A stretch of DNA of 64,000 bases from an uncultured Candidatus Rokubacteria bacterium (GTDB lineage Bacteria > Methylomirabilota > Methylomirabilia > Rokubacteriales > CSP1-6), in contig CAWBMV010000037.1 of the NCBI GenBank assembly GCA_963789955.1, positions 64,001-128,000 on the forward strand, in the 5' to 3' direction. Positions 1-11,692 of this stretch are shown piece by piece. The notes beneath the pieces were generated by a model that worked only from the letters and a program-made list of their open reading frames with translations, had not been told where the DNA came from and did not search any database. Made by a program: the position numbers and the translations under genes. Each line of letters begins with the position of its first letter. The stretch's first letter is position 1.

Positions 1-793
1 TGACGAGCGCCTCGTCGATGTGATCGGCGTGGAGCGACGCGAGCGCCTGGGCCCAGTCGAGGGTCTCGGCCACGCCCGGCACCTTCGCGAGCCGCACCTG
101 ACGGAGAGTCTCCATGAACTTGGCGATCTCGCGCGTGAGCCGGCCGTTGATGCCCGGCACCTTGCGCGCGATGATCCGGATTTCCTTGTCGGGCGCCGGA
201 TAGTCGATCCAGAGATAGAGACACCGTCGGCGAAGCGCGTCCGACAGCTCGCGCGTGCGGTTCGAGGTCAGGATGACGTGCGGCGGATGCGTCGCCTTGA
301 TGGTGCCGATCTCGGGGATCGTCACCTGCCACTCCGAGAACACCTCGAGCATGAACGCTTCGAACTCTTCATCTGAGCGATCGACTTCGTCGACCAGGAG
401 AACCGGCGACTGAGACTCTTGCGTGATCGCCTGGAGCATCGGGCGGCGGAGCAGGAACGGCTCCGAGAAGATCTCGTGCTCCTTCTCGACCATCCCCCGG
501 TTGTTGTGTCCGGCTTCCTCGAGCTTGATGTGCAGGAGCTGCTTCTGATAGTTCCACTCGTAGAGCGCCGTCGACGCGTCGAGCCCCTCGTAGCACTGCA
601 GCCGGATCAGGTTCGTCCCGAGCATCCGCGCCATCACCTTCGCGACCTCGGTCTTGCCGACGCCGGCGGGCCCTTCGATCAAGAGCGGCTTGCGCAAGCG
701 CATCGCGAGATGAATCGACGTCGCAACCGGTGCGTCGGTGACGTATTCCGCCGCTTCCATCATGTCCTGGATCTTGCGGATCTCTTCGCGCAT
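1..793 (-). CDS. coxD: MoxR-family AAA+ ATPase (CoxD-like), runs off window start
   Basis: Manual translation from ATG 793: MREEIRKIQDMMEAAEYVTD..., Walker A EGPAGVGKT, IRLQCYEGLD, Walker B LLVDEVDR, LTSNRTRELSDALRRRC. Lies downstream of coxSLM. Confidence 0.85.
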   Translation of the reverse strand, partial: MREEIRKIQDMMEAAEYVTDAPVATSIHLAMRLRKPLLIEGPAGVGKTEVAKVMARMLGTNLIRLQCYEGLDASTALYEWNYQKQLLHIKLEEAGHNNRGMVEKEHEIFSEPFLLRRPMLQAITQESQSPVLLVDEVDRSDEEFEAFMLEVFSEWQVTIPEIGTIKATHPPHVILTSNRTRELSDALRRRCLYLWIDYPAPDKEIRIIARKVPGINGRLTREIAKFMETLRQVRLAKVPGVAETLDWAQALASLHADHIDEALV

Positions 794-799
794 GGCTAG

Positions 800-1376
800 C
801 TATTGTACATGAAGCTTCGCGTAATCTTCGGGCGTGTCCACGTCGGGCGGCATCGCGAGATCGAACGCCACGGTCTCGACGCGCTCCGGATTTTCTTTCA
901 CCACTGCCCGCGCGCCCGCGTCGCCCTTGAGCGCGCGGAGCTCGGCGAACACCTCGGACGAGAAGACCACCGGCGTGCCCTGCACGCCCTGGTAGATCGG
1001 CGCGACGATGGCCTTGCCCGAGCGGCGGAGGGCTTCGAGCAGCGCCGGCACGACCGTGGCGGGCATGCGCGGCTGGTCGCCGAGGGCGACCAGCGCGGCG
1101 GTCGTCCACGGCTTGAGCGCGGCGATACCGGCGGCGATCGAGGTCCCCTGCCCGTCCTGCGGCCGCGGATTGACGGCGAAGCGCACCGTCGAGATCCTCG
1201 AGCGCCTGACGGATGGCCGTGTCGTCCGGGCCGGTCACGACCACGACGTCCTCGACGTGACTCACGATGTGCTCGACGGACCAGCGCACGACGGGCTTGC
1301 CCTGCAGCTGAAGCAGGAGCTTCTGCCGTCCCATGCGTCGCGCGAGGCCCGCGGCCAGCATCACCGCGGCGATCAC
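800..1376 (-). CDS. mocA: Molybdenum cofactor cytidylyltransferase-like nucleotidyltransferase (MocA family), frameshift near 1190
   Basis: N-terminal MLAAGLARRMGRQKLLL in one frame; NPRPQDGQGTSI, LGDQP and DVDTPEDY in the 800..1186 frame. Confidence 0.8.
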
Positions 1377-2088
1377 GACCAGTGGCCCTCGAGCTCCTTC
1401 GCCACGTCGTCGGGTCGCTCGAGCTGCCACCAGTGCGAGCACCCCGCGAACTGGATGAAGCGCGCGCGGGTCCGGCTCGCCAGACGACTTCCGAAGACGG
1501 GCGCGGCGTACGGATCCTTCTCGCCCCAGAGGATGAGACCGCGCGCCGGCGCTCGTTGCAGATCTCCTCGCCACTCCGAGCCGACGCGGACTGCCGAACG
1601 ATAGAGCGCCAGGATGCTGCGCTTCATCGTGGGGTCGAGATGCTCCCCCGCCGTCGTCGCGTCGGCCTGAGGCACGCCGGCGGCGACGAGCGCCGAGGCG
1701 AGGGCCTCGGGCGTGAGCTTCTCCATCACCTGCTCGCCGACTCCGGGGGTCTGCCAGAGCTTTGCCGCCTTGTGCCATTCGTATTCGGGGTCGAGCGGCG
1801 CGGCGCCGGCGGCCCAGGTACGCACCAGGGTTGGCTCGAGCGAGACGGCGCGGACCACGAGGAGCCCGCCCCAGTCGTGGCCGACCAGATCGATCGGTCC
1901 GTCGATGCGGGAGAGCTCGGCGAGCAGCCAGTTGCAGTAGGCTTCCTTCGAGCAGTCGAAGCCCGCGGGGATCTCGCAGCCGAACCCGGGAAGAGAAAGG
2001 GTGACGACGTCGTCGCGGCGCAGCCGCCCGACGACGGACGCCAGACGCGATGCGTGTCCGGCACCCCGTGCACGAAGACCGCCGGCAT
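1373..2088 (-). CDS. Alpha/beta fold hydrolase, frameshift near 2035
   Basis: VFVHGVPD at the start, then GHDWGG nucleophile elbow, LILWGEKDPY and catalytic His in CSHWW in the 1373 frame. Confidence 0.8.
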
Positions 2089-2146
2089 CAGCGGCCTCGC
2101 GCCCGAGGAAGCGTCACGCGTCTCGTGGTGGTCAGCGCCCGATCGG

Positions 2147-3016
2147 CTATCCGCCGGCGCGCTTGACCGCCTCGGTCAACGCGCGCTTGGCGAACACACG
2201 GCAGAGATGCGACTTGTACTCGACGGAGCCCTGCAGGTCCGCCTGCACGTCGACACCCTCGGCGGCCTTCTGGGCGGCCGCCTCGATCGCCGCGGCGTCG
2301 AGCTTCTTGCCCGTGCAGCCCGCCTCGACACCCTTCGCGCGCACGGCCTTGGTGCCGGCGCCGGTAACACCGATCGACGCCTTGGAGCAGGCGCCCTTGC
2401 CGTCGAGCGTGACGGCCGCGGCGACGCCGACGACGGCGAACCGCGAGGCCGGGTGCGGGAACTTCATGTACGCGGCGCCGGTGCTCGCCGGCAGCACGGG
2501 CACGCGCACCTCGACGAGAATCTCGTCCTCGCCGACCGCGGTGGTCATCAGACCCTTGAACCAGTCGTCCACCTTCACGGTGCGTCGCCCCTTGGCGCCT
2601 TCGCACACCATCTCGGCGCCGAGCGCGATCATCGCCGCCGGATAGTCCGCGGCGGGGTCGGCGTGGGCGATCGAGCCGCCGACCGTCCCGCGGTTGCGCA
2701 CCGCCGGGTCGCCGATGATCGCGGCGACCTCGGAAAGGACGGCAAGCTTCGACTTCACGAGCGCCGACGACTCGACCTCCCAATGGGTGGTCATCGCACC
2801 GATCGCCAGCATGTTGCCGTCCTGCTTGATCCCCGAGAGCCCGGGAACCTTGCGCAGGTCGATCAGGTGCTTGGGCTGGGCCAGCCGCAGCTTCATCATC
2901 GGGATCAGGCTGTGGCCGCCCGCGAGCAGCTTGGCGTCGTCCTTGTGCTTGCCGAGAAGCTCCAGCGCTTCCTTGATGGTGCCGGGCGCGTGATAGTCGA
3001 ACGCGGCTGGGTACAT
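2147..3016 (-). CDS. coxM: Molybdo-hydroxylase FAD-binding medium subunit (CoxM/CutM type)
   Basis: MYPAAFDYHAP..., LAGGHSLIPMMKLRLA, RNRGTVGGSIAHADPAAD; AGGAG RBS upstream. Confidence 0.92.
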   Translation of the reverse strand: MYPAAFDYHAPGTIKEALELLGKHKDDAKLLAGGHSLIPMMKLRLAQPKHLIDLRKVPGLSGIKQDGNMLAIGAMTTHWEVESSALVKSKLAVLSEVAAIIGDPAVRNRGTVGGSIAHADPAADYPAAMIALGAEMVCEGAKGRRTVKVDDWFKGLMTTAVGEDEILVEVRVPVLPASTGAAYMKFPHPASRFAVVGVAAAVTLDGKGACSKASIGVTGAGTKAVRAKGVEAGCTGKKLDAAAIEAAAQKAAEGVDVQADLQGSVEYKSHLCRVFAKRALTEAVKRAGG

Positions 3017-3036
3017 GTCGCTCTCCTGGCTCTTAT

Positions 3037-5436
<2,400 letters not shown>

Positions 5437-5446
5437 TACGCTTTCC

Positions 5447-5925
5447 TCACTTCTTCGCGGGCATGTGCTCGGCCGCCCACTCGATCGCCTTCACGATGTT
5501 GTGATAGCCGGTGCACCGGCAGAGATTGCCTTCGAGCTGATGCCGGATCAGCTCCTCCGAGGGCTTCGGATACCGCTCGAGCATCTGGTACACGGACATG
5601 ATCATGCCGGGTGTGCAGAACCCGCACTGCAGCCCGTGCTTCTCCCAGAACCCCATGCTGGATCGGGTGCAGCTCGCCGTCCTTCGCCAGTCCCTCGATG
5701 GTCATGATGTTGGCGCCGTCCAGCCTGGACCGCGAAGAAGGTGCAGGCCTTGACCGCCTGGCCGTTCATGAGGATCGTGCACGCGCCGCACTGGCTCGTG
5801 TCGCAGCCGACGTGCGTCCCGGTGAGCCCCACGGTCTCGCGGATGTAGTGGACGAGCAGCAGACGGGGCTCGACTTCATGGCTGTAGCTCTGGCCGTTGA
5901 TCGTCATCTTGACTGGCAGTTTCAC
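5447..5925 (-). CDS. coxS: [2Fe-2S] small subunit (CoxS), two frameshifts (near 5720 and 5655)
   Basis: [11 protein letters not shown]...[14 protein letters not shown] and GNLCRCTGY spread over three frames. Confidence 0.9.
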
Positions 5926-5989
5926 GACTCATCCTCCGGGATTCGGCGGTTTGGGAGCGGGTTTTGGACGCCCCGATCTGGCGCGACAG

Positions 5990-6019
5990 AGGGTAAGACT
6001 TCGCCCCCCGCTGTGTCAA
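5990..6019 (-). promoter_or_regulatory. Candidate sigma70 promoter for the cox operon
   Basis: TTGACA (6019-6014), 18-nt spacer, TACCCT (5995-5990), about 65 nt upstream of coxS. Confidence 0.5.
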
Positions 6020-6032
6020 CCGGACGGGCGTT

Positions 6033-7636
6033 TGTTGCCGCTGCTAAATAGAACTGTCCTCCCTATCTGTTCGATAGAAGTGTCCCCCCATGGAGACCTT
6101 CTCGATGAGCAGCAAGGAAGTGCCGCGGGCCGGGTTGCTCAAAGCCGCGCTGGCCGGACGCATCACGAATGCGCAAGGAGCGAGGGCGCTGGGGTTGAGC
6201 GTGCGGCAGTTTCGACGACTGAAGAGGCGCTTCCGCGAGCGGAGGCGCCCGCGGCCTGCTCCACGCCCTGCGGGGGCGCCCCGGCAACCGGCGCCTGGCC
6301 CCGCAGGCGCGCGAGCAGATCGCCGCGGCTCATGACCACGACCTACGCCGGCTTCAATGACGTCCATCTCACGGAGAAGCTGCGCGAGGTCCATCAGCTC
6401 GCCGTCAGTCGCGCCGCGGTGCGCGGCATCCGCGTGGCGCTCGGGCACCCGGCGACGCGCCGGCGGTCCGCCCCGCAGCATCGTAGCCGGCGCCCCCGCA
6501 AACCGGCCCTCGGCCAACTGGCCCAGCTCGACGCCAGCCCCTTCGCCTGGTTCGAGGACCGCGGCCCCCTGGCGACCCTGCATGGCGTGATCGATGATGC
6601 GACCTCCACGCCGCTCGCCCTGTGGTTCCGTCCCCAACGAGGATCTGCATGGCTACGTCGCCGTGCTCGAGCGCACCTGCCGGATGTATGGCCTGCCGCT
6701 GGAACTCTACGGCGATCGCCTCAACGTGTTCGCCCGCAACGATGCCCACTGGACGCTCGCCGAAGAGCTCCAGGGCCACCAGGACCCCACGCACTTCGGC
6801 CGCATGCTGCAGGCCCTCGGCATCGGCTTCATCCGGGCCCACTCGCCGCAAGCCAAAGGCCGCATCGAACGGCTCTGGGGCACCCTCCAGGATCGCCTCA
6901 CCAGCGAATTGCGGCGGCGCGGCATCCGCACACTCGAGGACGGCAACGCCTTCCTGCCCGAGTTCCTCGCCGACTTCACGCGCCGCTTTGCGCGGCCGCC
7001 CGCGGACGCCACCCCCGCCTGGCGCCCGGTGCCGCGCGATCTCGCCGACCTCTTGAGCTGCCGGTATCAGCGCACGGTCGCCCGCGACAACACCGTGCAC
7101 CTCGGGCCGCGCTGGGTGCAGATTCCCCCCGGCCCTCGCGGGCGCTCCTATGCCGGCTGTCACGTCCAGGTCCAGGAACGCCTCGACGGCCACCTCCGCG
7201 TCGTCTACCACGACACCGTGATCGCCCGGCAGCCGTCGCCCGGCCCCGCCTTCGTGCTCAAGCCGCGCGAGGGGCCCGGGCAGGGGCGCCGGCGTCCCCG
7301 GCGCGGGCCTCTGCGTCACGCGCTCGGTGAGCTCGGGCGCGCTCCGCTCACGCCGGCGCGCGCGGCATTCCCATCGCGCCCACGCCGGGATCCCGAGGAC
7401 CCACGCGCCACCCGGCGCGCGATCACGAGGCGGCCCGCCATCGCCCTACCCCAGAGCCCACCCCACATCCTTGCCCACCACCTACCTCAGCCCGCCGTCG
7501 CAATGCGCCCACGCATCCATGGAACGCGACCTTTTCACGTCGCCAACGCGCGGTGAAACGCCGCACGAATCACCGAGCCGGACATTTCTATTTAACAGTG
7601 GGGAGGACATTCTCGTTGACCAGCGACACCAGGACA
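6033..7636 (+). mobile_element. IS1202-family (ISNCY / IS481-related) insertion sequence, 1604 bp
   Basis: Ends TGT (6033) and ACA (7636); direct repeat GGCGTT at 6027-6032 and 7637-7642; subterminal AGAA(N)TGTCC motifs twice at each end in inverted orientation; DDE transposase inside. Confidence 0.88.
6090..7556 (+). CDS. DDE transposase (HTH + integrase core), frameshifts near 6242 and 6635 and probably in the 3' tail
   Basis: ARALGLSVRQFRRL HTH; QLDASPFAWFEDRG...IDDATS; LYGDR; SPQAKGRIERLWGTLQDRL; PTHPW at 7508-7522 in a shifted frame. Confidence 0.85.
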
Positions 7637-7647
7637 GGCGTTTGGCG

Positions 7648-8832
7648 CTACTCGCCGAGGAGGCGCCGCCCGTCGGCGCGGGCCTGGTCGAGGACCTCGC
7701 GAACGGGCAGCGACTTCTCGCGCGCGATCCGGGCGACGTCGGCGAACTCGGGCGTGATCGTCACGATTCGACCGCCCAGGCGCGAGACCTTGAACGGGAT
7801 CGTCCCGTAGGCCGTCGTCACCTCGACCATCTCGCGCTGCAGCCGCGCGCGGCGCCATTCCGACCAGCGCACGCCGATCGTCGTCGTCTCCTCGAACAGG
7901 GCGCGGGACAGGTCGCCGACGCGCTCCGGCGCGCAGAGCGCCGTCACCACCACACCCGGCCGGCCGCGCTTCATGATGACGGGCTGGAGGAACACGTCGA
8001 GGGCGCCGGCCTCGAACACCCGCTCGATCAAGGTCTCGTAGAGCTGGGGCGACATGTCGTCGATCGTCGTCTCGACCTGGAGCACCGTCTCGTCGGCGGC
8101 GAGGGTGTCGGCGGTCTGGCCGAGGAAACAGCGCAGGACGTTCGGCGTGCCGGGCAGGTCCATCGTGCCGGCGCCGTAGCCGATGGCGTCGATCGTCATC
8201 GCCGGCATCTTCCCGGCCGAGGCGGACAAGGTCGTGAGGATCGCCGCGCCCGTCGGCGTGACCAGCTCGGCCTTCACGCCCGTGTCGACGACCGGGAAGC
8301 CGCGCAGGAGCTCGACGGTGCCGGGCGCCGGAACCGGGATCCGGCCGTGCGGCCCACGGACGTGTCCGCCGCCCACCGGAAGCGCCGACACGTGAACCGC
8401 CTGCGCCCCGGCCAGATCGAGCGCGATCACGCCGCCGGTCACGTCGACGATCGCATCCACCGCGCCGACGTCGTGGAACTGGACCGATTCGCGATCGGCC
8501 CCGTGCACGCGCGCCTCGGCATCGGCGAGCCGCGTGAAGATCCGCGTCGCCCGCTCCCGCACGCTCGCCTCGAGCGCGCTGCGCTCGAGAATGTCGAGAA
8601 TGTCCCGCAGCGACCGATGATGCCGATGCGCATCCCCGTCGATCTCGACATCCACCTTGGTCGCCCGAAAATCCCCCTTCATCACCTCCCGCACAACGAG
8701 CGTCCACCCGGGCAGCGCCAGCTTCGCCAGCTCCTCCTTCAGCCGCGCGAGCGACACTCCCGCGTCCAGGAGCGACGCCATGATCATGTCCCCCGCCGCC
8801 CCAGAAGGACAATCGAAGTAAGCGACCCTCAC
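7648..8832 (-). CDS. larC: Nickel-pincer (NPN) cofactor nickel-insertion protein LarC
   Basis: YFDCPSGAAGDM, FHDVGAVDAIVD, HGRIPVPAPGT, ELVTPTGAA, ETTIDD, MKRGRPG, ETTTIGVR. Confidence 0.95.
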   Translation of the reverse strand: MRVAYFDCPSGAAGDMIMASLLDAGVSLARLKEELAKLALPGWTLVVREVMKGDFRATKVDVEIDGDAHRHHRSLRDILDILERSALEASVRERATRIFTRLADAEARVHGADRESVQFHDVGAVDAIVDVTGGVIALDLAGAQAVHVSALPVGGGHVRGPHGRIPVPAPGTVELLRGFPVVDTGVKAELVTPTGAAILTTLSASAGKMPAMTIDAIGYGAGTMDLPGTPNVLRCFLGQTADTLAADETVLQVETTIDDMSPQLYETLIERVFEAGALDVFLQPVIMKRGRPGVVVTALCAPERVGDLSRALFEETTTIGVRWSEWRRARLQREMVEVTTAYGTIPFKVSRLGGRIVTITPEFADVARIAREKSLPVREVLDQARADGRRLLGE

Positions 8833-8962
8833 CGCGTCTTCACCTCACCCGACAAATCGAACAAGACCATCGAGCGCTCCACCGCCTCGTCCCCTATGCA
8901 CTATGCCTGCGCGCGAACTCACCAGGCCGCCCGTCGATCACGCCTCTCAAGCGCGGCGCCGC

Positions 8963-9128
8963 TCGCGCCGGCGGGGGCCGGGCGGGCCGGGAGGGGTCGT
9001 GGGACCCGTTCCCTCCAAGGGGCAACGGACGAGACGCGCCCAGATGGAGCCCAGCCACCCCGGAGCAGCGAACGCGTGCCGCGTGGTCCCACGACCCCTC
9101 CCGGCCCGCCCGGCCCCCGCCGGCGCGA
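8963..9128. repeat. Perfect 44-bp inverted repeat with 78-bp spacer (MITE/REP-like)
   Basis: 8963-9006 TCGCGCCGGCGGGGGCCGGGCGGGCCGGGAGGGGTCGTGGGACC is the exact reverse complement of 9085-9128. Confidence 0.95.
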
Positions 9129-9130
9129 CG

Positions 9131-9889
9131 TCACCGCACCTTAGCGATGAGATGATTGATCTGAGAGGCCTGGTGAGCCGCCCCGTAGCCGTTGTCGATG
9201 TTCACCACCGACACACCCGAGGCGCACGAGTTCAGCATCGCCAGCAGCGCGGCGACCCCGCCGAACGAGGCGCCATACCCGATGCTGGTCGGCACGGCGA
9301 TGACGGGCCGATCGATCAATCCCCCGACGACGCTCGGCAACGCGCCTTCCATCCCCGCGACCACGACGAGCACGTTGGCCTCGGCCAGCAGATGGTAGTG
9401 CGCCAGCAGCCGATGCAGCCCCGCCACGCCGCAGTCGTAGAGCCGCTCGACCCGATTGCCCAGCGCCTCGGCCACGAGCGCGGCTTCCTCGGCGACGGGA
9501 AGGTCGGCGGTCCCGGCGGCGAGCACGACGATGAGACCGAGCCCGGCGCCGGGCTCCGGTCGGGCGATCACGAGCTTCGCGTCGGCGTGGTAGACGTGCG
9601 GCAGGCCGGCGGCGGCCACCGCGTCGGCCACGGCGCGATCCGCTCGGGTGGCCAGGATGTTCGGGTGATGAACGATCAAGCGCTCGAGGATCGCGACGAC
9701 CTGCGCGGGCGTCTTGCCGAGACAGAAGACGGCTTCCGGCGCGCCGCCTCGGAGCGCGCGGTGATGGTCGATCTTCGCGAATCCCAGATCTTCGAACGGC
9801 AGCGCGCGAAGCTTCGCGACCGCCGCGTCGACGTCGACGCGCCCGGCCCGGAGATCTTCGAGCAGCGCGCGAAGCGCTTCCCTATCCAC
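9131..9889 (-). CDS. larB: NPN cofactor biosynthesis carboxylase/hydrolase LarB
   Basis: DLGFAKIDHHR, AGTADLPVAEEA, VAGMEGALPSVVGG, PTSIGYGA, MLNSCASGVSVVNIDNGYGA. Confidence 0.95.
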   Translation of the reverse strand: MDREALRALLEDLRAGRVDVDAAVAKLRALPFEDLGFAKIDHHRALRGGAPEAVFCLGKTPAQVVAILERLIVHHPNILATRADRAVADAVAAAGLPHVYHADAKLVIARPEPGAGLGLIVVLAAGTADLPVAEEAALVAEALGNRVERLYDCGVAGLHRLLAHYHLLAEANVLVVVAGMEGALPSVVGGLIDRPVIAVPTSIGYGASFGGVAALLAMLNSCASGVSVVNIDNGYGAAHQASQINHLIAKVR

Positions 9890-10709
9890 CGTTCGCTTTC
9901 GATTTCAGGTTCAGCAACAGATTCGCGCTGCCGGACTGGAAGCCGGCGAGGTCGAGCGTCACGTAGATGTAGCCGAGCTCGCGCAGGCGCGTCACGATCG
10001 TGTCGTGCAGGTCGCCCTCCCAGAGCCTGGCCATCTCGGCCCGGTCGATCTCGAGGCGCGCCAGGCGATCGTGGTGGCGCACCCGGAACTGGCGAAAGCC
10101 GAGCGAGCGGATGAACGCCTCGGCGGCGTCGACCTGGCGGAGCTTCTCGGGCGTGATCCGGTCGCCGTACTGGAAGCGCGAGGACAGGCACGCGAACGAG
10201 GGCTTGTCCCACGTGGGCAGGCCGAGCTCGCGCGAGAGCGTCCGGATCTCTTCCTTCCACAGCTCGGCCTCGATCAAGGGCGCGCGCACGCCCCGCTCCT
10301 TCGCGGCCTTCATGCCCGGGCGGTGGTCGCCGCGGTCGTCCATGTTGGCGCCGTAGACGAGCGCGCGGCAGCCCTCGCGCGCGGCGATGGGCTCGAGCTT
10401 GAGGAAGAGCTCTTCCTTGCAGAAGAAGCAGCGATTCGTCGGATTGCGCGCGTAGTCCGGGTTCTGGAGCTCGTCGGTCCGGACGATCAGGTGACGCATG
10501 CCCAGGAGCTCGCCGAGGCGCCGGGCCTCGTCGAGCTCACTGGCCGGATAGGTCTCGGAATCCGCCGTCACGAGCAGCGCGTGGGCGCCGAGGGCGTCCT
10601 TCGCGGCGCGCGCGAGCAAGGTCGAGTCGACGCCGCCCGAGAACGCGACCACCACGCTCTCCATCTCGCGGAGCACGTCGACCAGACGATCGTACTTGGC
10701 CTGCGTCAT
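9882..10709 (-). CDS. larE: ATP-dependent sulfur insertase LarE (CxxC...C, probable [4Fe-4S] type)
   Basis: PP-loop AFSGGVDS, NRCFFCK, DHRPG, WDKPSFACLSSRF, RVRHH. Confidence 0.93.
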   Translation of the reverse strand: MTQAKYDRLVDVLREMESVVVAFSGGVDSTLLARAAKDALGAHALLVTADSETYPASELDEARRLGELLGMRHLIVRTDELQNPDYARNPTNRCFFCKEELFLKLEPIAAREGCRALVYGANMDDRGDHRPGMKAAKERGVRAPLIEAELWKEEIRTLSRELGLPTWDKPSFACLSSRFQYGDRITPEKLRQVDAAEAFIRSLGFRQFRVRHHDRLARLEIDRAEMARLWEGDLHDTIVTRLRELGYIYVTLDLAGFQSGSANLLLNLKSKANGG

Positions 10710-10714
10710 CGTGC

Positions 10715-11626
10715 TCAGGGCTCGACCCGGATCAGGTCGTGGAACGCCGTGTAGCGCTCGGCGATGTCGTTGGGCGACAGCCGCGTGAGCCGCTTGAGCG
10801 AGAAGTCCTCGACGGTGAACGACGCCATCACCGAGCCGTAGACGATCGCGCGCCGCATCGCGGCGGCGTCGATCCGGTCCTGCGCCGCGAGATAGCCCAT
10901 GAATCCGCCCGCGAACGTGTCGCCGGCGCCGGTCGGGTCGTAGACCGATTCCAGCGGATAGGCCGGCACGAAGAAGAGCCGGTCCTCGGTGCTGAGCAGC
11001 GCGCCGTACTCGCCGCGCTTGACGACGACGGTCTTCGGTCCCATCGCCGAGATGGCCCGCGCCGCGCGGATCAGGTTCGGCTCGCTGGCGAGCTGCCGCG
11101 CCTCGCCGTCGTTCACGGTGACGACGTCCACCTCGGCCAGGACCTTGCGCAGCGCCTCGCGCTTGCCCTGGATCCAGAAGTTCATCGTGTCCAGGGCGAC
11201 CAGCTTCGGGCGCTCCTTCATCTGGCGGAGCACGTCGAGCTGGAGCTCGGGATCGATGTTCGCCAGGAACAGGAAGGGCGTTCGCCCCGATACGTCGTTC
11301 AGCACCGGGCGAAATTCGGCGAAGACGTTCAGCTGGGTCTCGAGGGTCTTGGCCTCGTTCAGGTCGTAGCCGTACTGGCCCGTCCACCGGAAGGTGCGGC
11401 CCTTGGAAGTCTGAAGTCCCCCGATGTCCACGCCGCGATCCGCGAGAAGCTTCAGATGCGCCTCGGGAAAATCCTCGCCGACCGTCGCCACCAGGTGCAC
11501 GGCGGTGAAGAAGCTCGCCGAGTAGGAGAAGTAGGTCGCGGAGCCGCCGAGTGCTTCCTGCACCTTGCCGAAGGGCGTCTCGACGCTGTCCAGCGCAACC
11601 GAGCCGACGACCAGGAGATCGCTCAT
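10715..11626 (-). CDS. PfkB/ribokinase-family kinase
   Basis: LLVVGSVALDSVETP, GGSATY, DPTGAGDTFAGG signature. Confidence 0.9.
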   Translation of the reverse strand: MSDLLVVGSVALDSVETPFGKVQEALGGSATYFSYSASFFTAVHLVATVGEDFPEAHLKLLADRGVDIGGLQTSKGRTFRWTGQYGYDLNEAKTLETQLNVFAEFRPVLNDVSGRTPFLFLANIDPELQLDVLRQMKERPKLVALDTMNFWIQGKREALRKVLAEVDVVTVNDGEARQLASEPNLIRAARAISAMGPKTVVVKRGEYGALLSTEDRLFFVPAYPLESVYDPTGAGDTFAGGFMGYLAAQDRIDAAAMRRAIVYGSVMASFTVEDFSLKRLTRLSPNDIAERYTAFHDLIRVEP

Positions 11627-11692
11627 TGTAGCGGGGTCCTTGAGGCCGGCCTCGACCGAGGGTGGCCTGCCGTGGGTGCACGCCGGCTCCGC
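11623..11692 (-). repeat. 70-bp dispersed repeat family A, copy 1
   Basis: 60/70 identical without gaps to 58326-58395; ends in CTACAATGA, which contains the pfkB ATG. Confidence 0.9.

Noticed and set aside
6230..6645. Programmed frameshifting in the transposase
   Set aside because: There is no slippery A-run motif, and multiple shifts match the window-wide indel pattern.
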